DNA of 64,000 nucleotides from Salinivirgaceae bacterium (GTDB lineage Bacteria; Bacteroidota; Bacteroidia; Bacteroidales; SZUA-534): NCBI GenBank assembly GCA_016284875.1, contig JAEEPS010000004.1, positions 11,785 to 75,784 of the forward strand, read 5' to 3'. Shown piece by piece: positions 56,872 to 64,000 of this stretch (position 1 is its first letter; each line of letters starts with the position of its first letter). The notes under the pieces were generated by a model. It saw only the letters and a program-made list of their open reading frames with translations, ran no database searches and was not told where the DNA came from. The position numbers and the translations under genes were made by a program.

Positions 56872-57399
56872 ATGCTCGAAAACGACCAGATAGTTCTCCG
56901 CGCCGTTGAACCCGAGGACATCGACTTTCTCTACAATAGCGAGAACGACACGTCGGTTTGGCGCCACGGAATCACTCTTGTGCCGTATTCGAGGTTTGCC
57001 ATCAAGCAGTATATATCTGACGCTCAAAACGATATCTATACCAACAAGCAGTTCAGGTTCGTCATCTGCCTGAAGCCCGACAGAAAACCCGTCGGCACTG
57101 CCGATTTGTTCGATTTCGACCCCTATCATCAGCGTGCATCGGTGGGGATAATGATTCATGGCAGCGAGAATCAACACCAGGGCTATGCCAGCCAGAGTCT
57201 GCAATTGCTGACTGATTATTGCTTCAGTTTTCTGCATCTTCATCAACTCCATTGCTCCATTGCCGCCGATAATGAGTCGAGCATAAGCCTCTTCACAAAG
57301 GCGGGATTTGTGCAGTGCGGCCGCCGTGCCCAATGGCTCAAAACCGCCGACGGATATGTTGATGAACTTGAGTTTCAGAAGATTAATGGGAATAACTAA
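56872..57399 (+). CDS. GNAT-family N-acetyltransferase (RimJ/RimL-like)
   Basis: The N-terminus reads LRAVEPEDIDFLY, and the acetyl-CoA motif region reads HQGYASQSL. Confidence 0.85.
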   Translation: MLENDQIVLRAVEPEDIDFLYNSENDTSVWRHGITLVPYSRFAIKQYISDAQNDIYTNKQFRFVICLKPDRKPVGTADLFDFDPYHQRASVGIMIHGSENQHQGYASQSLQLLTDYCFSFLHLHQLHCSIAADNESSISLFTKAGFVQCGRRAQWLKTADGYVDELEFQKINGNN

Positions 57400-57584
57400 T
57401 ACGATTTTTAGTTTCACACCTATTTATATACCCGTCTCCTGCCTTGCATTAGAAATTATATAATCCACAGCAATATGCTATTTGTAAATATTTGCGTATC
57501 AGTAATTTAATTCCGAATCGCGGTTAGAATTGAAAAAAATGTTATTTTTTTAACGCCAGATGTTGCACGAAAAGTATTTTGGCG

Positions 57585-57592
57585 TACATTTG
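57585..57592 (+). promoter_or_regulatory. Candidate Bacteroides-type -7 promoter box (TAnnTTTG) for the tRNA pair
   Basis: TACATTTG ends 12 nt before the tRNA-Gly 5' end. A TTG-containing stretch lies about 20 nt upstream. Confidence 0.35.
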
Positions 57593-57603
57593 CAACCGCA
57601 AAC

Positions 57604-57676
<73 letters not shown>

Positions 57677-57703
57677 CTTTTTTTTTTGTTCTAGTCTAAG
57701 GTT

Positions 57704-57789
57704 GCCCTGATGGCGGAATTGGTAGACGCGCCGGACTTAAAATCCTGTGTCCAGTAATGGACGTGCCGGTTCGATCCCGGCTCCGGGTA
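57704..57789 (+). tRNA. tRNA-Leu (anticodon TAA), class II with a long variable arm
   Basis: The anticodon loop is CTTAAAA, the variable arm is GTCC-AGTAAT-GGAC and the T-arm is GCCGG-TTCGATC-CCGGC. There are two non-Watson-Crick stem pairs (see findings). Confidence 0.85.
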
Positions 57790-57800
57790 CAAGCATTCGA

Positions 57801-57836
57801 AACCCTTTGTTAAAGATTACAAAGGGTTTTGTTTTT
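57801..57836. terminator. Hairpin terminator between the tRNA genes and convergent topB
   Basis: The arms aaccctttgt and acaaagggtt form a 10-bp stem, followed by ttttgttttt. Confidence 0.65.
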
Positions 57837-57884
57837 AAAGGCACTACCTCAACGAAAGCACTTTTCACAATTCTTTATTCTTTT

Positions 57885-59873
57885 CTACTTGTAAAACCCT
57901 TCAAACGCGCCAAACACAGGCATCAGCGAAGCCTGATTCTGAACCATTTTCACGCTGTCGGTGAGTTTGCGGACAAAGGCCTCGAGTTTGGCCAGATATT
58001 CCTGCTCGCCTATTTCGCCGTTAGCCACCATTGTCAGTCCCTTTTCCCAACTTGCGGTCAGTTCGGCGTTGAGCAGCGGGCGGATTGACGCGTTAACAAC
58101 CTCATACACAATCTCGCCCAACTTGGCGGGGGTTACAATCTGCGTCTTTTTGTTCAGGTTCAGATAATCGATATTCACCAACTTTTTCAAAATCTCGGCG
58201 CGGGTGGCGCTTGTGCCAATGCCACTTCCTTTGATTTGTGCCCGAAGTTCTTCGTCTTCAATCAGTTGGCCGGCGTTTTCCATTGCCAGAATGAGCGAGC
58301 CCGAATTGTAGCGTTTCGGCGGCGACGTCTCGCCCTCTTTCAACTCGTAACCAGCCACAGGCAGCACAGAGCCCTTCTTGAGTTTGCTCACAAGTTCAAA
58401 CTGATTGGTGTCGAGCACCTCGTCCTGCTGATTGGTGTCGTCGGCTTTTGGTGTGTCGCCCATAACAGTCAGGTAGCCAGGCGATTCCAGAATCTTGAAG
58501 TTAGCAAAGAAATGCTCGGTGCCGACGGTGAGTTCAATGCTGACTTTGCGGTACTCGGCAGGCGGAAAGAATATCGCCAGAAAACGGCGGACAATGCGGT
58601 CGTAGACGCCGCGTGCCGTTTCAGAGCAACTGTCGAGCGCCTGAAAACCTTGCCCCGTGGGGATTATGGCGTAGTGGTCGGTAATCTGCTTATCGTCGGT
58701 GTAGCGGCTCTTGCCAATGGTGGCGTAGAGCCCGTGCTGCTTCACTTGTTTTGTAAGTTCCAGATATTCAGGGCGAGTGGCCAATCCGTGCAGATTTTTT
58801 GTGATTTCCTTCGCCACAGCCGATGACAGCACGCGCGCATCGGTACGCGGATAGGTAACCAACTTCTTCTCGTACAGGTCCTGCACAATTTGCAAAGTCT
58901 CGTCGGGACTCACTTTGAAGAGTTTCGAGCACTCGTTCTGCAACTCGGCAAGATTGAAGAGCAACGGCGGATTTTTCTTCTCTTTTTTCTTATCGATATT
59001 GGCGATAACAGCCTCGTTGCCAAACTGTTCGAGCATTGACACGCATTGCTCGGCATCCTCGCGTCGACGGAAGCCGTTCTCTTTGTAGAGCAGCGGCGAC
59101 TCGAAGTATTTCGACCCATCGACAGCCCGCCATTCGCCTGAAAACGAGTCGGTTTCGCTTAAAGCGAAGTTGCCCATAATGCGGTAGAACGGCGTCTTGA
59201 CGAAGGCTCGGATTTCGCGTTCGCGGCGCACCACCATTCCCAAAACGCAGGTCATCACGCGGCCCACGGCAATGGCGCCAATCTTGTCGAGATTCAGGAA
59301 TCGGCGCACGGTGTAGCCGTATTTCAGCGTCAGAATGCGGCTGAAGTTGATACCCATCAGGTAGTCCTCTTTGGCGCGCAGGTAGGCCGCATCGGAAAGG
59401 CTATTGTACTCGGTGAGCGGCTTGGCTTCGCGTATTCCGCGCATAATTTCCTCTTCGGTCTGCGAGTCAATCCACACGCGGCGGCGCTGCTTGTCGGCGG
59501 GCACCTTGGCCATTTGGTCGACAAGGCGATAAATGTACTCACCCTCACGGCCAGAGTCGGTGCAGACGTAAATGCAATCGACATCGGCGCGGTTGAGCAG
59601 CCCGCTCACAATCCCGAACTGCTTGCTGACGCTCGGAATCACTTCATACAGAAAGATTTGCGGCAGAAACGGCAGAGTGCTCTCGTCCCAGCGTTTCAGC
59701 GTGGGGTCGTAGGCGTCGGGGTAACTCATCGTCACCAGGTGGCCCACGCACCACGTCACAATGCTGCGGTCGCCCTCAAGATAGCCGTCGCCGCGCGACA
59801 TACTCTCTTTGAGCGCCTTCGCAAACTCTTGTGCCACACTCGGTTTCTCTGCAATATATAGGTTTTTGCCCAT
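57885..59873 (-). CDS. topB: DNA topoisomerase III (type IA)
   Basis: From the ATG at 59873 the TOPRIM N-terminus reads MGKNLYIAEKPSVAQEFAKAL ... VTWCVGHLV. The ORF-track extension upstream is hydrophobic junk. Confidence 0.92.
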   Translation of the reverse strand: MGKNLYIAEKPSVAQEFAKALKESMSRGDGYLEGDRSIVTWCVGHLVTMSYPDAYDPTLKRWDESTLPFLPQIFLYEVIPSVSKQFGIVSGLLNRADVDCIYVCTDSGREGEYIYRLVDQMAKVPADKQRRRVWIDSQTEEEIMRGIREAKPLTEYNSLSDAAYLRAKEDYLMGINFSRILTLKYGYTVRRFLNLDKIGAIAVGRVMTCVLGMVVRREREIRAFVKTPFYRIMGNFALSETDSFSGEWRAVDGSKYFESPLLYKENGFRRREDAEQCVSMLEQFGNEAVIANIDKKKEKKNPPLLFNLAELQNECSKLFKVSPDETLQIVQDLYEKKLVTYPRTDARVLSSAVAKEITKNLHGLATRPEYLELTKQVKQHGLYATIGKSRYTDDKQITDHYAIIPTGQGFQALDSCSETARGVYDRIVRRFLAIFFPPAEYRKVSIELTVGTEHFFANFKILESPGYLTVMGDTPKADDTNQQDEVLDTNQFELVSKLKKGSVLPVAGYELKEGETSPPKRYNSGSLILAMENAGQLIEDEELRAQIKGSGIGTSATRAEILKKLVNIDYLNLNKKTQIVTPAKLGEIVYEVVNASIRPLLNAELTASWEKGLTMVANGEIGEQEYLAKLEAFVRKLTDSVKMVQNQASLMPVFGAFEGFYK

Positions 59874-60034
59874 TCTTTCGGCCTTGCTTGATTGCGTCGG
59901 CAATTGTAGGAAAATGATTGGCACTTTCCAATAGTGCGAGAAATTGATGATTGGGAATATTAAAAAAACTATTTTTGCCAATGTCTTTCGCATAAATATG
60001 CGCGAAAGCATAAAAATCATCAAAACCGAACGAC

Positions 60035-61531
60035 ATGAAAAGTCTTTTGAAAAAATCGAGCATTCTGATAATCAGTGCATTATTCGCATTCGCGGGCTGC
60101 ACTGACACAAGCGACGTCTACACCATCATTGGTGGCTCGAACAGCGAGGAAATGGGCACAGTGACTGGCGACGGCAATTTTCACGAGGGCGATGTGGCCA
60201 CGCTCGTGGCTGAACCGAAACCTGGCTATCATTTTATGATTTGGGCCGACGGAAGCCGCAAGAATCCGCGCAAGATTACCGTCAGCAAAAACATGGTTCT
60301 GATGGCCATTTTTGCCATCGGTGAGCGCCCTAACAACGGCGACGACAGTGAGGATGGCGAAGAAATCATCGACCCCGACTCACAGCCTATTGGCCTTTCG
60401 GGCACCATCAGCGAAAGCATGACACTGAAAGACCGCGGACTGGATGTGGATTACGTTGTTTATGACCGGCTTACAATCGGCGGCTATGCCAATGTGACTA
60501 TTGAACCAGGCGTAACCATCATGGTATCAAGCCTATTTGGCAACATCACAGTTGCCAATAGTGCCAGTTTGAATATTTCCGGAACCGCCGCCAACCCTGT
60601 TGTTTTCGTTGGCAAGACCGACGACATCGACACTGGCAGTTGGCAAGGAATCACACTCCAGACAAATAGCACCGATAATCATTGGGAGCACGCTGTATTC
60701 AAAAACGGCAGCAGCGGGAGCCTTATAAGCGTTATGGAAGGTTCTTTATCAATGAAAAGTTGCATCATTGATGGTTCTGAAGGTAATGGCATCGACTTTT
60801 GGGAAAAAGGAAACGCCTCTCTGATTGAAGACTGCATCTTCAAAAACTGCAAATATTATCCAATTTTGTTGTCTAACAATCGGGTTCTTAGCGCTTTAGG
60901 CGATAAAAACGACTTCTTTGGCAACGGCGAGAATTTCATCTGGAGCAACAAAAACGCTTTCAATATCGACAATGAAGAATATGTGATCAGAAAGATGACG
61001 GTGCCCTATCTGTTTTCAGAAGGTATCGACATCAGCAGAAACACAAAAGTGACCATTGAGCCCGGAGTGAAAATTCTCATGGGCCTTGAGACCAAATTTG
61101 TTGTTGGTAAAGACGCTCTGTTCAAGGCTGTTGGAACTTCCAGCGAGCCCATTACCATCCGTGGCGATGAGGATGTGGCCGGATATTGGGATGTTTTAAG
61201 ACTCGAATCGGCAAACAGCAACTCCATCATGGAGCACTGCTTCATTACTGGTGCCGGTATGGAGCCGCCCGGATTCGACTGCGCGCTGCTTATTGGCGAC
61301 TACTGCGCCATGACCTTGCGTAACTGCTCGTTTACAAAAATCGGCTCCGACTTTGCCGTGACTGTTTTCAGCGCGGAGGATTTTGCAAAGAACTTCAAAT
61401 TTGAAAACCTCACATTCAAAGACGCAGCGTACAAAAACATGTCTGATGTGTATGTGTCGGTTGGCTACGGCATTGTTGAAGGCGGCAGCATATTCGACAG
61501 CCTTGAATATCTGGCCGACATGTTGAAATAA
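60035..61531 (+). CDS. Lipoprotein with an InlB B-repeat domain followed by a probable right-handed beta-helix
   Basis: A lipobox FAGC is present. The repeat domain reads GTVTGDGNFHEGDVATLVAEPKPGYHFMIWADGSRKNPRKITV. It is followed by periodic segments such as SLSMKSCIIDGSEGNGIDF and IEDCIFKNC. Confidence 0.65.
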   Translation: MKSLLKKSSILIISALFAFAGCTDTSDVYTIIGGSNSEEMGTVTGDGNFHEGDVATLVAEPKPGYHFMIWADGSRKNPRKITVSKNMVLMAIFAIGERPNNGDDSEDGEEIIDPDSQPIGLSGTISESMTLKDRGLDVDYVVYDRLTIGGYANVTIEPGVTIMVSSLFGNITVANSASLNISGTAANPVVFVGKTDDIDTGSWQGITLQTNSTDNHWEHAVFKNGSSGSLISVMEGSLSMKSCIIDGSEGNGIDFWEKGNASLIEDCIFKNCKYYPILLSNNRVLSALGDKNDFFGNGENFIWSNKNAFNIDNEEYVIRKMTVPYLFSEGIDISRNTKVTIEPGVKILMGLETKFVVGKDALFKAVGTSSEPITIRGDEDVAGYWDVLRLESANSNSIMEHCFITGAGMEPPGFDCALLIGDYCAMTLRNCSFTKIGSDFAVTVFSAEDFAKNFKFENLTFKDAAYKNMSDVYVSVGYGIVEGGSIFDSLEYLADMLK

Positions 61532-61661
61532 AGACAAGCGGATAAAAGAAAAAGAATTACGAGGAACCTATACACTTGTAAAAAAAAGTTTGATGAAGAA
61601 AAAATGTTGTTACCTTCGCATTGATTTTAAAATTTAAACAACTTTTTAAAAATTTAAAGAC

Positions 61662-62270
61662 ATGAAAAAATTGACTTTTGGATTAATGGGATTTGCGGCT
61701 ATCTCACTCGCAGTAGCCTCATTGTTTTCATCATGCAAAAAAGATGACGATGGCAATTCAGTTCTTGATTTGGTTAGCAGCTTCGAAGTAACCGGTTTGG
61801 ACTTCAAAACTAATGTTGTCTACGGAGATAAAGACGAGAGCAGTTCTGCATCAAAAACATCTTCGATGTTCAGCGCTGACAAAACAACAGTTTACGCTGT
61901 AGATGGCAAGAAGTTCATTTCTGTTGTCTTCAACGGCAAAGAAAAAGGCACTTACAACCTTGAACTTAGCGTAGCAAACCCGAACACTCTGCTTATCAAC
62001 TACCTTACAACTGAGGACACTCTTGATGAAACTCTTCAAAATGCTTTCAGTGCATCAACCAGCTGCTTGATCACTTACGGAAGCCTGGAAAGTGGTGCAA
62101 GTGCTGATGCTTTGTATGTATCAACAAAAGCAAGCGTTACCATCACATCAATTATGAAGAGCGCAAAAGTTGGTGGAAGCAAAATTTCTGGCACATTCAC
62201 TGCTACTCTTGTTAACTCTACAGGCGACAAGAAAGAAGTTAGCGGCAAGTTTAACTGCTTAGGTTTGTAA
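61662..62270 (+). CDS. Hypothetical lipoprotein
   Basis: A lipoprotein signal LFSSCKKDDD is present. I recognise no family. Confidence 0.55.
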   Translation: MKKLTFGLMGFAAISLAVASLFSSCKKDDDGNSVLDLVSSFEVTGLDFKTNVVYGDKDESSSASKTSSMFSADKTTVYAVDGKKFISVVFNGKEKGTYNLELSVANPNTLLINYLTTEDTLDETLQNAFSASTSCLITYGSLESGASADALYVSTKASVTITSIMKSAKVGGSKISGTFTATLVNSTGDKKEVSGKFNCLGL

Positions 62271-62290
62271 TCAACCACTTTACAGATAAA

Positions 62291-62315
62291 AGCCGGCTTT
62301 GTGGCCGGTTTTTTT
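62291..62315 (+). terminator. Rho-independent terminator
   Basis: The arms agccggc and gccggtt form the stem (with one G-U pair), followed by a T-run. Confidence 0.6.
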
Positions 62316-62495
62316 ATGCAGTGCGGTTTACACTGAAAACCTTTCTAACACATTCTATTGATGCGCAATTAATGGATAAGTCAAACTTTGCGCGAATTCA
62401 GCAAATAATTCAAGAAAACCGAATGCAGAATAAAAGATTTGATTACCTTTGAATGATGTTTAATTAAACTATTTATTTATTAAAAAGTAATTACT

Positions 62496-62996
62496 ATGAG
62501 AAAATCAATCAAACTTTTAGCAATGGGCATTGCTGCCTTGTTGGTTGCAGGAAGCGCTTCGAAAGCCGAAGCAGGTGGCAAATTGAAGTACAACAGCAAC
62601 TCCACATACGAGGTGGAGTCATTAGCCAAGGGCGCTGAGGGTGTTAACATTGTGAGATTGTATGGTAAAGCTGTAACCGAAGAAGCTGCCATTGAAGATG
62701 CCAAAATGAAAGCTGTGGCATGCGCACTGTTCTGCGGATTCCCATCAGGAGCCAACGGCTCAGAGGCTGCACCAGCCATCATTACTGACCCGAACGTAGA
62801 GAAAACTCACAAGAAGTTTTTGGAAGAGTTCTTTAAGGAAGGCGGCGAGTATTTGAAATATGTTAAAGTTAGTGAATCTGCCGCGTCAAAATCAAAATCA
62901 AAAATATCAAGAACCGAGTATAAGGTTGGAATAGGCTTAGAAATATCGTACAACGCGCTTAAAGAGGAAATGAAGAAGCAAGGATTAGTAAAATAA
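62496..62996 (+). CDS. Hypothetical secreted protein
   Basis: A signal peptide ...AGSASKAEA is present. I recognise no family. Confidence 0.55.
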   Translation: MRKSIKLLAMGIAALLVAGSASKAEAGGKLKYNSNSTYEVESLAKGAEGVNIVRLYGKAVTEEAAIEDAKMKAVACALFCGFPSGANGSEAAPAIITDPNVEKTHKKFLEEFFKEGGEYLKYVKVSESAASKSKSKISRTEYKVGIGLEISYNALKEEMKKQGLVK

Positions 62997-63019
62997 TCTG
63001 CCAAATGCTCATAATTCAC

Positions 63020-63048
63020 AGAGCCACAGCAATTGTGGCTCTTTTTTT
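63020..63048 (+). terminator. Rho-independent terminator
   Basis: The arms agagccaca and tgtggctct form a 9-bp stem, followed by T7. Confidence 0.75.
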
Positions 63049-63223
63049 ATGAAATAAGACGTCCTTGTTTCCGAAACAAAAGTGAGCAACGGCCAAAAAC
63101 TTTTGACAAACGGCCATTAAAAGACTAAAAACCGAATACCACAAACAAAAACATTTGTATATTTGCGTCTTGAAAAACAAAAACTTTTGTTTAATTTATT
63201 GTTTAATTAAAAAACTTAAAAAG

Positions 63224-64000
63224 ATGAAAAGAAAATTCATGTTTGTAGCCATGATGGCTGCTATGTGCTCAACAGCACTGTTCACCTCTTGCGAGGAAGA
63301 AAACGAAGAAGGCGAAGTAGCAGAAGTATGTAATTTTGCTGACCTTACCGCCATTGCTAATCCTGATGGCACAATCGACATCAGTGGTAAAATCACTACC
63401 AACACCAAAATCAAAGAGTTTGCTTTGTTAGACAAAGACGGCAATGTTGCTTACGATTTCCTTGAGAAAAACGAGCAGGTGAAAGAGAAAAACAAAACAA
63501 TGGACGAGAATGGCAAATCTCTGAAATCAAAAGAATTCGTTCTTGACATTCAGTCTACTGGTAAACTTCCTGTTGCCATTTATACTCTTGTTATCAAAAC
63601 AAAGAAGAGTGTTGAAATTACTGAAGCCATCGGTGCCGAATACAAATTTAATGTTGGTACTGGTTCAAACGACCAACTTGGTTCACAAATTTCATTGTTC
63701 GACCAGGCTTGCTACATGCTGAAGGATTTCTATGATTCAGCTACTGGTGAAGTAAATGATCAAGCCAAAACAATTGAAGTTTATCTGACTGAAGATCTTA
63801 AACTTGCTTCTGCTAAAGGTTTGAAAGTTGCTACCACAACTAACGATGTTAGAACTCAGGCTAAAGCTGATGCAAACAAAGCAAAATTGGCTGCTGCTAA
63901 AGTATTTGATAACTGTGTTATCACAACTACTGAATGCATCGCTACTTATAAAATTACCGTAATTGATGATAAGACTGTAGAATTGAGCGGTATTGTTATC
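63224..64000 (+). CDS. Partial lipoprotein (runs off the window end), paralogue of the C-terminal half of the 44969-46426 protein
   Basis: It is not in the ORF track because no stop is reached. My translation starts MKRKFMFVAMMAAMCSTALFTSCEEE. It shares YKFNVGTGSNDQLGSQISLFDQACYMLKDFYDSATGEVNDQAKTIEV and DANKAKLAAAKVF...ECIATYKIT with the 485-aa lipoprotein. Confidence 0.7.
   Translation, partial: MKRKFMFVAMMAAMCSTALFTSCEEENEEGEVAEVCNFADLTAIANPDGTIDISGKITTNTKIKEFALLDKDGNVAYDFLEKNEQVKEKNKTMDENGKSLKSKEFVLDIQSTGKLPVAIYTLVIKTKKSVEITEAIGAEYKFNVGTGSNDQLGSQISLFDQACYMLKDFYDSATGEVNDQAKTIEVYLTEDLKLASAKGLKVATTTNDVRTQAKADANKAKLAAAKVFDNCVITTTECIATYKITVIDDKTVELSGIVI

Noticed and set aside
57790-59873. topB adjacent to tRNA-Leu, considered as evidence of an integrated conjugative element (an Exc-like topoisomerase).
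   Set aside because: There are no integrase, excisionase, mobilisation or transfer genes in the window. Topoisomerase III is also a normal chromosomal gene. The idea is kept only as a caveat under the tRNA-Leu finding.
59874-60023. Upstream extensions of several ORF-track entries: topB to 60023, sufE from 18524, trxA to 40096, priA to 53924, darG to 4252, hsdS to 7630, and the DUF1016 gene to 9679.
   Set aside because: The extensions start at non-ATG codons or overlap neighbouring genes, and they add non-homologous residues. Internal ATGs give canonical N-termini and 4-nt gene spacing.

Overview
The window looks like a Bacteroidales (Bacteroidota) chromosome segment. Supporting signs are many lipoprotein-type signal peptides ending in Cys, a near-absence of Shine-Dalgarno sequences, a TAnnTTTG-type -7 box, a BlaI/BlaR1 pair and a T9SS-plug-like gene. 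Most of the window is housekeeping: suf Fe-S assembly genes, the F1Fo ATP synthase, dnaG, comM/yifB, trxA, dxs, pyrF, prfA, priA, topB, tRNA-Gly and tRNA-Leu.

The standout region is 1-12.7 kb. There a type I restriction-modification operon (hsdM, hsdS, hsdR, all on the minus strand) has grown into a tightly packed single-strand defence array. It carries a DUF1016/YhcG nuclease, an uncharacterised 281-aa ORF, a PF14281-like PD-(D/E)XK protein and a DarT/DarG ADP-ribosylation module. A DUF3791-DUF3990-DUF3791 triplet sits directly upstream. Short relic copies of the hsdM and hsdS 3' ends, and a duplicated hsdS start junction, mark the insertion points of the cargo genes.

The same insertion-with-3'-end-duplication signature appears at 44.4-46.7 kb, where an XRE regulator plus lipoprotein cassette is flanked by a perfect 42-bp direct repeat. 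It also appears inside the atp operon, which is interrupted at three places by unrelated genes, including three tandem DUF3784-like paralogues.

Other observations are a recurring TTAGG-rich intergenic spacer family, stuttering short-repeat spacers, a paralogous surface-lipoprotein family and a tRNA-Leu with two stem mismatches. No CRISPR array, transposase or intact integrase was seen. All family assignments come from reading motifs by eye and need HMM or structure searches to confirm.
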